54,442 nt of DNA, taken from NCBI GenBank assembly GCA_021812425.1, contig JAKANM010000001.1, positions 1-54,442 on the forward strand, read 5' to 3'. A program made the translations under genes and the position numbers. Position 1 is the first letter of the stretch. The number at the start of each line of letters is the position of its first letter. The DNA is from a bacterium. GTDB taxonomy: Bacteria > Patescibacteriota > Patescibacteriia > Magasanikbacterales > GWA2-37-8. Positions 37,292-44,801 of the stretch are shown here, piece by piece. The notes beneath the pieces are model-generated. The model saw only the letters and a list, made by a program, of their open reading frames with translations. It was not told the origin of the DNA and did no database searches.

Positions 37292-38236
37292 GTGAAAAAG
37301 TTTTTTTACGCAATCATCGGCTGGCTAATTCCGATCACCGTCCTTACCGTGCTGGCTTATTTTTTTCGCGCCAGTTTATTTGATTTCAAAAATCGTTTCT
37401 ACCAGCGATATTTACCCTGTCGGGAACCGATTACCTATAGTTTGGGAACTTTTGACAAGCGTTTTGGCATTAGTCGGAAAAATTTTTTGGCCACTCTGTC
37501 TGTGGCCGAGGCAATTTGGGAAAAACCAAGCGGTCTAAATTTGTTTGAGCTCGCGCCAAGCGGCACTTTGAAGATAAATTTAATTTACGATTACCGACAG
37601 GACGCCACTATTAAATTACGAGAACTTGGTATTACCGTTAACGACGACCGAGCGACATATGACAAGCTTACGTTCGACTATGCATTACTGCAGAAAACAT
37701 ATTTATCGGACAAAACAGCGTTGGATGATCAAATCGCGGAGCTCGATCGCCTCACCGCCGCCTACAACGCGAAAGTGGCAAATTTGAATCGTCGCGGTAG
37801 AGCGACGCCCGCGGAAATAGAGTCGCTTCAGATCGAGAAAGCGGAGCTTGACCGGCTACTGATGGATTTTAAAGTCCAACAAAATAATTTTAATGATAAA
37901 GTGGACAAGCTTAACGCGTTTGCCGATACGCTTAATCGTTTGGCTCAAACTCTTAATTTATCTGTTGATAAATATAATACAATCGGTGCCAGTCAGGGTC
38001 GTGAATTTGAAGAGGGTACGTATGTAAGTTCTGCGACAGGGGAGGAAATTAATATTTATCAATTTGATAATACGCTTAAATTAGTAAGGGTGCTTGCGCA
38101 TGAGTTTGGTCATGCTCTCGGTCTGGAGCACATTACCAGCACCAAAGCGATAATGTATTACCTAAATAACGGCGTGAATGAAAAATTAGCGCCAGCTGAT
38201 TTCGTTGTTCTAAAGCAACACTGTGGAATTAAATAG
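37292..38236 (+). CDS. membrane-anchored matrixin-like (M10 metzincin) zinc protease with internal coiled-coil insertion
   Basis: GTG start. HEFGHALGLEH followed by the Met-turn AIMYY, with about 110 aa of heptad-like sequence between the N-terminal beta-strand region and the catalytic helix. Confidence 0.7.
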   Translation: MKKFFYAIIGWLIPITVLTVLAYFFRASLFDFKNRFYQRYLPCREPITYSLGTFDKRFGISRKNFLATLSVAEAIWEKPSGLNLFELAPSGTLKINLIYDYRQDATIKLRELGITVNDDRATYDKLTFDYALLQKTYLSDKTALDDQIAELDRLTAAYNAKVANLNRRGRATPAEIESLQIEKAELDRLLMDFKVQQNNFNDKVDKLNAFADTLNRLAQTLNLSVDKYNTIGASQGREFEEGTYVSSATGEEINIYQFDNTLKLVRVLAHEFGHALGLEHITSTKAIMYYLNNGVNEKLAPADFVVLKQHCGIK

Positions 38237-38280
38237 TATGCAAGTCTGGTCGAAGTCGAACTAGCCATTCCTAGGAATCA

Positions 38281-38916
38281 TCACGCAACGTGTTTTTTTG
38301 TCTGCTCCTGCCTCAAATAAAAATATATAAGCGAGCTCAATAGCGCGGCAAAAAAACACCAGACGGACACGAAGTTTATAAAGAAGAACGTAGCGGCGAT
38401 CGCGGCTGATACCAGTAAAAGGCCACCAAACCATCGGAATTCTTTTTTGCTCGAAAGTAGCAGTGATCCGCATACCACCAGCGCGTAGATAACGGCGAGC
38501 GCTATTTCAAATTCATATGGTGTGTAGATTTGGTAATGAATGCTATTTTGCAACACATGAATAGTTAACGGTCTTAGCGTGAGCAAAATAAATAACGTGA
38601 ATGTTACGGTGCTTCCAACACCGACTAGCCATGTCAGTAGCCATTTTCTTTTTTGATCAAATATTAAGACCATCAGCGGAACATAGAACGGCCACAAAAG
38701 GAACGCAAAAAAAATATAAACATAACCAATCGCCAGGTTAGATTGGCCGCAACCGATGGCAAACCACTGAAAACCCTCCAACAACTGTTGGAGGGCCAGG
38801 AAGATGGGAATCAAAGCGATAAGTATTTGTTTCTTTTTTGCCAATCGGAGTGAAAGGACGCCTATGGTTGCTAATCCGCCGCTGGCGGCGAAACTTGCCG
38901 TTGCTGAAAAACACAT
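38281..38916 (-). CDS. hypothetical polytopic membrane protein
   Basis: 211 aa, about 6-7 TM, no catalytic motif recognised. Confidence 0.5.
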   Translation of the reverse strand: MCFSATASFAASGGLATIGVLSLRLAKKKQILIALIPIFLALQQLLEGFQWFAIGCGQSNLAIGYVYIFFAFLLWPFYVPLMVLIFDQKRKWLLTWLVGVGSTVTFTLFILLTLRPLTIHVLQNSIHYQIYTPYEFEIALAVIYALVVCGSLLLSSKKEFRWFGGLLLVSAAIAATFFFINFVSVWCFFAALLSSLIYFYLRQEQTKKHVA

Positions 38917-39034
38917 AAATTTTTTTGTATAGTTACAGTATAGGCTCTTTTCATTATATTTACAACAAAAATCGGATTGTATCGATAGGTTTTGAAATAA
39001 AAAAGAGGATTTGCAAGTGCAAACCCCCGATTTG

Positions 39035-39106
39035 TAGCTCCAACGGGGATCGAACCCGTATTTTCGCCTTGAAAGGGCAATGTCCTAACCATTAGACGAT
39101 GAAGCC
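39035..39106 (-). tRNA. tRNA-Glu (UUC)
   Basis: The reverse complement folds as a cloverleaf. Acceptor GGCTTCA/TGAGCT-type with G1-U72 and U5-G68 wobbles, D arm GTCT-AATGGTTA-GGAC, anticodon stem TTGCC/GGCGA with loop CT-TTC-AA, T arm ACGGG-TTCGATC-CCCGT. No encoded CCA. Confidence 0.85.
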
Positions 39107-39125
39107 ATCGATGTGAATGTTTGAC

Positions 39126-39154
39126 ATAGTATCAGTTTTTTTCAGAAAAGTCAA
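39126..39154 (-). promoter_or_regulatory. tRNA-Glu promoter (TTGACT-17-TACTAT)
   Basis: On the minus strand: TTGACT (39154-39149), a 17-nt spacer, TACTAT (39131-39126), 19 nt upstream of the tRNA 5' end. A GGGTTTGCA/TGCAAATCC hairpin plus T-run follows the tRNA (about 39005-39030). Confidence 0.6.
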
Positions 39155-39236
39155 TCTGATTGTGACAAATTGACAAATTGCCCTGTTGGTTATAAGATTC
39201 TCCCGTTGCATTCACAAAATTTCGGAGGAATATCAC

Positions 39237-39572
39237 ATGCAAGCTTTGATCCTGGCGGTAGTTCTGTTTTGCGCGACTGTACTCTTTTTCACATGGCACA
39301 ATCGGCGTCTTGCGGAGAAGGGAACGGATAAACGTAAATCGAAATTGGTCGAGCAGTGGCTTATTTCTTCGCTCTCCAGGAAGAGAGGGGTGCAACCTGA
39401 AACAATCAATCGGGATTCTCCCATTACATTTGAAGAGCTACATATGGGGTGTATCGAGGCTTCATTTTTGTTTCAAGATCCGCTGTTCATAACCGACGTC
39501 GCCCAGCTAGCTACCGTCGGTCAGTTTGTAGATGAGATTTGTAAGCAACTTAATCGGTCTGTTCGGGATTGA
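39237..39572 (+). CDS. hypothetical membrane-anchored protein, paralog of 32620-33000
   Basis: ATG at 39237 is preceded by GGAGG. It has a TM, a basic stretch, and ...VEQWLISSL...PETINRDSPITFEEL...TVGQFVDEICKQL. Confidence 0.55.
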   Translation: MQALILAVVLFCATVLFFTWHNRRLAEKGTDKRKSKLVEQWLISSLSRKRGVQPETINRDSPITFEELHMGCIEASFLFQDPLFITDVAQLATVGQFVDEICKQLNRSVRD

Positions 39573-39604
39573 TCGTTCATGACCGAGTAGGTGAGATGAT
39601 CTTT

Positions 39605-39682
39605 AGGTGGCGCGCTAGAACCAGACGTCCACCGATTATGTTTCTGAAATTCGGAAATATAATCGGCGTCTGGTTTTTTGTT
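39605..39682 (+). repeat. copy 1 of an ~80-nt terminator-containing repeat
   Basis: AGGTGGCGCGCTAGAACCAGACGTCCACCGAT is identical in both copies. A long hairpin CCAGACG..CCGATTAT / ATAATCGG CGTCTGG is followed by T6. Confidence 0.8.
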
Positions 39683-39687
39683 TACGG

Positions 39688-39716
39688 TTGACTGTTTTGG
39701 AATTTTGAGCTAGTAT
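39688..39716 (+). promoter_or_regulatory. promoter TTGACT-17-TAGTAT for the Cys-rich ORF
   Basis: TTGACT 39688-39693 and TAGTAT 39711-39716. Confidence 0.5.
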
Positions 39717-39753
39717 TTTTTACGTAGTTTACCTTTTGCGGTTGGAGGTAGCC

Positions 39754-40344
39754 ATGTTCAGATTGATACGTGTTTTGTTGGCTCGCTTGATGGGGAGAGA
39801 AACTTCGGCCACGGTTGCGAACGATCCCGATCCGGCGCCGACGCCGGAACAGACGCTAGAACAGAAGTCTGAATTGACACCGGAGCCGACGCTTTCGCGT
39901 TCCGATCTCTGCGCGGTGGTAGATCGAGAGGGTAAGATAGTTGACCATAAGTGCGGTCACCCTGATGCTGAGCAATTCACGATCTTCATGTTTGGTGAAA
40001 TGTTTGGAATCGACCCTGATTTTCTTAAGCGACGGGAGTTTTGTGGGGACTGTCACATAAAGCGTTTGCGTTCCCTGCTTATTCGTTGCGCCTGGTGCGG
40101 CCATTCAATCAGGCCGAAAAGTGTTGTGGCTATTTTTCCGGACGACGATAAGTACAAGGCGGAATGGAAGACGATGGTAGATAAGGGTGGGGTAAAGGGT
40201 GTTATTGTTTGCACACGCGATAGTTGCAGTCCTGGTTTCCATTCTTTTTCAGGAATCTGGATGGGAGATCATTTCAAGCCGGCGACGTTCATCCTGAGGG
40301 CCGAGATGGTTGCGTCTGATGACGACAGCAATCTCCGTAATTGA
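39754..40344 (+). CDS. hypothetical Cys-rich (zinc-ribbon-like) protein
   Basis: ATG at 39754 is preceded by GGAGG. Contains CGDC and CAWC pairs plus further Cys/His residues. A Pro/Thr/Glu-rich N-terminal region follows a hydrophobic leader. GC-rich. Confidence 0.55.
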   Translation: MFRLIRVLLARLMGRETSATVANDPDPAPTPEQTLEQKSELTPEPTLSRSDLCAVVDREGKIVDHKCGHPDAEQFTIFMFGEMFGIDPDFLKRREFCGDCHIKRLRSLLIRCAWCGHSIRPKSVVAIFPDDDKYKAEWKTMVDKGGVKGVIVCTRDSCSPGFHSFSGIWMGDHFKPATFILRAEMVASDDDSNLRN

Positions 40345-40349
40345 AAAAA

Positions 40350-40429
40350 AGGTGGCGCGCTAGAACCAGACGTCCACCGATAATGTTTCTAAGTTTTTGG
40401 GAATATTATCGGCGTCTGGTTTTTTTGTT
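40350..40429 (+). repeat. copy 2 of the ~80-nt terminator-containing repeat
   Basis: The same 32-nt head as copy 1. The stem reads CCGATAAT / ATTATCGG, a compensated A/T swap relative to copy 1, followed by T7. Confidence 0.8.
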
Positions 40430-40554
40430 AAAAAAATCCCCCGTTTGCACGGAGGATTTTTAATACGTAAATTTTGGACTATTTTCGAGCGCAGTGAGAG
40501 AAATGAAAATAAATTTTCATTTCCGAACCAGCGAAGAAAATATGGGCGAAGCCC

Positions 40555-40830
40555 TTATTTGAGGGCGTCCTTGAGAGCCTTGCCAGCTTTGAATTTTGGA
40601 ACTTTAACGGCTGGGATCTGGATCTTTTCGGTTGGATGCTGTGGGTTAACGCCGGTGCGGGCTGCGCGTTGTTTAACGCTGAAAGCGCCGAAGCCAGTCA
40701 AAACCACTTCTCCACCACTCTTCAAAGTTTCGGTGATGGTATCAACGAAAGCATTGACCATGTCTTCGCCTTCGCGCTTGGACACTTTCAATTTTTCCGC
40801 CAAAACCTGTGATAATTCAGCTTTATTCAT
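40555..40830 (-). CDS. hup: HU family DNA-binding protein
   Basis: MNKAELSQVLAEKL...GFGAFSVKQRAARTGVNPQ...KFKAGKALKDA. 91 aa. A GGGC-TTC-GCCC hairpin and T-rich run lie after the stop. Confidence 0.95.
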   Translation of the reverse strand: MNKAELSQVLAEKLKVSKREGEDMVNAFVDTITETLKSGGEVVLTGFGAFSVKQRAARTGVNPQHPTEKIQIPAVKVPKFKAGKALKDALK

Positions 40831-40981
40831 AATTCACCACCTTTCTAATTAAAGATATGATTATACAAATATTTTTGTATATCGTTGACTTAGTATAACA
40901 CGCTAACTTTCTTTTGGCTATATTAAGCAAATTTACTTGTCCACACCCCCCTCCGCCAAGGCTTCGGAGCGAGAAACAAAA

Positions 40982-42511
40982 TTATTTTGCGTATTCAACG
41001 ACACGGGTTTCACGAATAACCGAAACGCGAATTTCTCCAGGGTACTTAAGTTCTTGTTCAATCTTGTGCGCAATATCCTTTGCCAACTGGAAAGCGGAGT
41101 AATCGTCAATTTCATTTGGTTTAACGAAAACGCGCACTTCGCGGCCGGCTTGGATGGCGTAAACTTTGTCGATACCGGGGAAACCGCCGGCGGTTTTTTC
41201 GAGATCCTGGAGGCGGGTGATGTATTGTTCATAACTATCGCGGCGCGCGCCGATCCGTGAGGCTGAAATAGCGTCAGCGGCTTTCGCGACCGCGGAGTAG
41301 ATGTTGAAGGTTTTGTCATTGTGGTGGGTGAGAGCGGCCTGGCAGATGTCTTCCTCCATGTTAAATTTTTTGAGGATCATGTGGCCGATTTCAGGATGTG
41401 AACCTTGTGTTTCGTGATCGACGGCTTTGCCGATGTCGTGGAAGAAGCCGCACTTTTTGGCGAGCGAGGCGTTGAGGCCAAGTTCGGAAGCGATGAGGCC
41501 TGAAAGGAATCCGACTTCCATCGAATGATTCATTACGCTCTGGCCATAGCTGGTGCGATATTTTAGACGACCGACGATGTTTACAAGTTTCGGATCAATG
41601 CCGGTGATGCCCATTTTGTAGAGCGCTTCTTCGCCAGCTTTTTTGATATCAAGCGAAAGGTCCTGTTTGGCTTTTTCGACAAATTCTTCAATGCGGGCTG
41701 GTTGGATCCGGCCGTCAAGAATAAGTTTTTCGATTGCTAATTTTGCGATCTGGCGGCGGATGGTGGAGAAGCCGGAAATAACAATCGAGTCCGGCGTGTC
41801 GTCGATAACGATTTCACAGCCGGTAAGTTTTTCGATGGTTTTAATGTTGCGGCCTTCCTTGCCGATGATGCGGCCTTTCATTTCTTCGCTTGGAATATTT
41901 ACCATCGAGGAAGTGTTTTCGGCGGCGTGCGATGAGGCACAGCGCTGGATGGCATCAACCACGAGATTGCGCGCTTTGTCGTCGAAGACTTCGGAAGATT
42001 CTTTTTCAAGCTTCATGACTCTGACCATGAGATCGGTCTTGCTGGTTTCCTCGACTTTCTTCATGATGAGTTCCGTTGCCTCTGCTTTGGTCATGCCGGC
42101 GACCTGTTGGAGAGTGTTTAGTTGCTGTTCACGAATTTTTTCGATTTCCAATTTGACTTGGCTGACCTGGTCAATTTTTTCCTGAAGTTTTGTTTGGTTA
42201 TTCTGAAATTCGAGAAGCTTCTGGTCGAACATGTTTTCGCGTTTTTCAAGACGCTGTTTTTCCGCTATGACCTCCTGTCGGAGTCGGTGTTCCTCTTTTT
42301 TGGCGTCGTCAAGAAACTGGACCGCTTTTTCTTTGGCTTCCAAAATTATCGACTGATGCTTATTTTTCGCCTCAGTCATGACCTGTTCGGCTTTGGCTTC
42401 AAGCGAGTTGGCGATTGACCTCGCGATTTTTTTGCGAAGCTGGTAGCCGACAGCGCCCGCGATGCCGGCAGTAGCGAGGATTATTGCGACTAGCAATAGT
42501 GCGTTGTTCAT
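40982..42511 (-). CDS. rny: ribonuclease Y
   Basis: N-terminal TM, coiled coil, KH domain (IIGKEGRNIK), HD domain (FFHDIGKAVDHE). The ATG at 42511 (MNNALLLVAII) is preferred over the upstream extension. Confidence 0.95.
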   Translation of the reverse strand: MNNALLLVAIILATAGIAGAVGYQLRKKIARSIANSLEAKAEQVMTEAKNKHQSIILEAKEKAVQFLDDAKKEEHRLRQEVIAEKQRLEKRENMFDQKLLEFQNNQTKLQEKIDQVSQVKLEIEKIREQQLNTLQQVAGMTKAEATELIMKKVEETSKTDLMVRVMKLEKESSEVFDDKARNLVVDAIQRCASSHAAENTSSMVNIPSEEMKGRIIGKEGRNIKTIEKLTGCEIVIDDTPDSIVISGFSTIRRQIAKLAIEKLILDGRIQPARIEEFVEKAKQDLSLDIKKAGEEALYKMGITGIDPKLVNIVGRLKYRTSYGQSVMNHSMEVGFLSGLIASELGLNASLAKKCGFFHDIGKAVDHETQGSHPEIGHMILKKFNMEEDICQAALTHHNDKTFNIYSAVAKAADAISASRIGARRDSYEQYITRLQDLEKTAGGFPGIDKVYAIQAGREVRVFVKPNEIDDYSAFQLAKDIAHKIEQELKYPGEIRVSVIRETRVVEYAK

Positions 42512-42719
42512 AATAAAAATTACCCAAATGGTATCAGGATCAAAAATTGAAGAATACAACAAGAGCCGCGGCTTAGGCCGCTTTGTTCGAAATTTTTACT
42601 GAAGATTTTGCTCGATGTTGAGTGAAAGTCATAATAATTACGGGACGGATAGGCATGACAAACCTTTTTCTTCGAATTAGAAACTGATATCCAAAATAAT
42701 TAAATCTGTTTTTAGATTA

Positions 42720-43421
42720 TCATACCGAGGCGCGGTTGTCAATAAAACGACCTAGATCAACATCCTCTGGCTTTTTTGCCTCTGCGATCGGAAAATCTCC
42801 GATGGCCGTCCTCTCCAACTCCTCACAATAACCGCCAACACCAAGCTTCTCTCCGATGGTTTTTGCGACCGTCCGGACATAGGTGCCGGTGGAGCAGGAA
42901 AGCTCAATTTCTAGCATTGGGTATATATAATGGAGTAATTTTATTTCATAAATTTCGATCGGCGCTGGTTTTCTTTCGACCTCCACGCCTTTTCGAGCCA
43001 ATTTGTAGAGTCGGGTGCCGCCAATCTGTTTGGCCGAAAACATCGGCGGGATTTGCTCTTGTTTTCCGAGGAGTTGTGACAAAATATTTTTTACTTCGTA
43101 TTGGTCGGGAATTTTGACTGTAGCCTGCTCGGTGATCGTACCGGTTTTGTCGTCCGTGTTGGAAACAGCGCCCAGGTGGATCGTGGCGCGATAAGTTTTC
43201 TTTAGATTTTTAAATTCATCCAGGCGCTTCGTCGCTTCACGTCCGATGCCGATGATGAGGAGGCCGGTGGCAAAGGGGTCGAGCGTGCCAGCGTGGCCCA
43301 CCTTAATATTTTTCAGTTTAGGGTTGTTTTTCCGGATTTGATTGCGGATTTTTCCGACCACGTCAAAGCTGGTCCAGCCGGCGGGTTTGTTGATTAGGAG
43401 GAAATTTTTGTTTAGTTGCAT
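42720..43421 (-). CDS. truB: tRNA pseudouridine(55) synthase
   Basis: LLINKPAGWTSFDVV and catalytic GHAGTLDPFATGLL. The ATG at 43421 gives the canonical N-terminus. Confidence 0.9.
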   Translation of the reverse strand: MQLNKNFLLINKPAGWTSFDVVGKIRNQIRKNNPKLKNIKVGHAGTLDPFATGLLIIGIGREATKRLDEFKNLKKTYRATIHLGAVSNTDDKTGTITEQATVKIPDQYEVKNILSQLLGKQEQIPPMFSAKQIGGTRLYKLARKGVEVERKPAPIEIYEIKLLHYIYPMLEIELSCSTGTYVRTVAKTIGEKLGVGGYCEELERTAIGDFPIAEAKKPEDVDLGRFIDNRASV

Positions 43422-43430
43422 AGTAGCGAC

Positions 43431-43459
43431 ATGGTACCTTTTATTGAACAATTTTTCAA
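43431..43459 (-). promoter_or_regulatory. possible truB promoter (TTGAAA-17-TACCAT) placed so the mRNA would be nearly leaderless
   Basis: The -10 box ends 9 nt before the ATG, and there is no SD. Confidence 0.35.
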
Positions 43460-43896
43460 TTGTCATTTCGCCGCTGTCGCGGCACACCAGCACCCCTTTT
43501 GGCAACAAAAGGGGTGCCCCCAAAATTGCCGAGCAAATTGTTCCGGTTCGCAACTGGCAACGATTCGTTCGCGATTTTTTTCAAGTTGCCGCATAATAGT
43601 ATTGAAAAAAATCTTCACTCATCGGCCCAGTTGTCGAACCTTCACAAACGCTCGGAAGCCAATGTTGTTTTCCGAGCGTTTGAACGGCGAGCCAAACAAT
43701 TCGAGATGAGCCGAACGAAATGACGGACATCTAGGAGCGAAGCGACGCATGTCCGTCCGTGAGGCGAATCCGAACCCCGAAGGGGTCCCTTGGGGATTGT
43801 TGCGAACCGTTCAACAGCGAGTAATTTTTGATTACTTTTTGTTACCAAAAAGTAATCGCTCCGGCGCGGAGCCGGATATTTCTTAGTTATCTAGGA

Positions 43897-43925
43897 TTGA
43901 CAATACCTCGTTTTTATGCTAGATT
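43897..43925 (+). promoter_or_regulatory. promoter TTGACA-17-TAGATT
   Basis: TTGACA 43897-43902 and TAGATT 43920-43925. AAGGAG lies 5 nt upstream of the ATG at 43969. Confidence 0.55.
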
Positions 43926-43968
43926 TGCAATCGTCAAGTCGTCTCGCACTTACCCGTAAGGAGAAGCC

Positions 43969-44535
43969 ATGAAGAAAATTTTTGCTGGCGTTGTCGTGGT
44001 TTCGATTTTCGTAGTGTTAGCTACTTACTGGCGTTTTGTACTGGCGCCCGGGACGGAGCCCAGAAAAAATGTTGTGGCATTTGGCGTCATATTGCTAGTT
44101 GCGTTTTTGATGCTGTGTGCCACACTGTATCAAGTCCTGGTCTCGATCTATCGCGATCAGCTACGGTCCAAGGACATTAAGCCTACGGGTTCGGCCCATT
44201 TTCAACTCTGCGATTGTGGAAAGCATGGGCGGGTAGTTTTTCCCGATGGTCGAACTGGAGGCGAGGTTGCGTCCAAGGAGGATGCCGTCCGGTATCTGCA
44301 GTACGCAGTACTGGTTGGCTTCTATCAGACGATTGATACTATTTTGAATTACGAGTTGGCCGACCTAAAAGATGAACTCGAGGCTTCCTCGCTCCCCGCA
44401 TCCGCCAACGAGGTATCCGAATACCTAGAAAAAACTCTGAACACATGGAATTGGGGCAAATTGCACCAACCGAAGTTGGATCCTGCCGATTTTCACAAGG
44501 TTCAGGAAAAGCTCTGGTTCTTTCGCCCTGAATGA
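43969..44535 (+). CDS. hypothetical membrane protein (2 N-terminal TM)
   Basis: Strong RBS, its own promoter and its own terminator. No motif recognised. GC-rich. Confidence 0.55.
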   Translation: MKKIFAGVVVVSIFVVLATYWRFVLAPGTEPRKNVVAFGVILLVAFLMLCATLYQVLVSIYRDQLRSKDIKPTGSAHFQLCDCGKHGRVVFPDGRTGGEVASKEDAVRYLQYAVLVGFYQTIDTILNYELADLKDELEASSLPASANEVSEYLEKTLNTWNWGKLHQPKLDPADFHKVQEKLWFFRPE

Positions 44536-44588
44536 GTGGAGAAGTGTGATTGATACCACTTACCGCTCATAACGATCAGCCAGCCAAC

Positions 44589-44627
44589 AGGCGCACGACC
44601 TTCGGGTACGGCGCCTTTCTATTTTTT
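44589..44627 (+). terminator. intrinsic terminator
   Basis: AGGCGC...ACC-TTCG-GGT...GCGCCT stem with an internal loop, followed by TTCTATTTTTT. Confidence 0.65.
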
Positions 44628-44747
44628 GCCTAGATAGGGGGGGTCGACAGGGGGGAGGAGATAACCTGCTATAATCTTCCGTCTGTCTTACGGAAAGGAC
44701 AGGGTTTACGTCGTTTCCGACGTGGGCCGTTGTATTTTAGCTTAAAA

Positions 44748-44776
44748 TTGACGAAAGGGCATAAAAGGTATATAAT
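44748..44776 (+). promoter_or_regulatory. infB promoter TTGACG-17-TATAAT
   Basis: TTGACG 44748-44753 and TATAAT 44771-44776. The ATG lies 25 nt after the -10 box, and no SD is present in the short leader. Confidence 0.6.
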
Positions 44777-44801
44777 CAACGCGATATAAATTTATAAATT
44801 C

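Noticed and set aside
38871-39092. 73-aa ORF overlapping tRNA-Glu
   Set aside because: It is largely made of the tRNA gene sequence itself, and the tRNA cloverleaf is far better supported.
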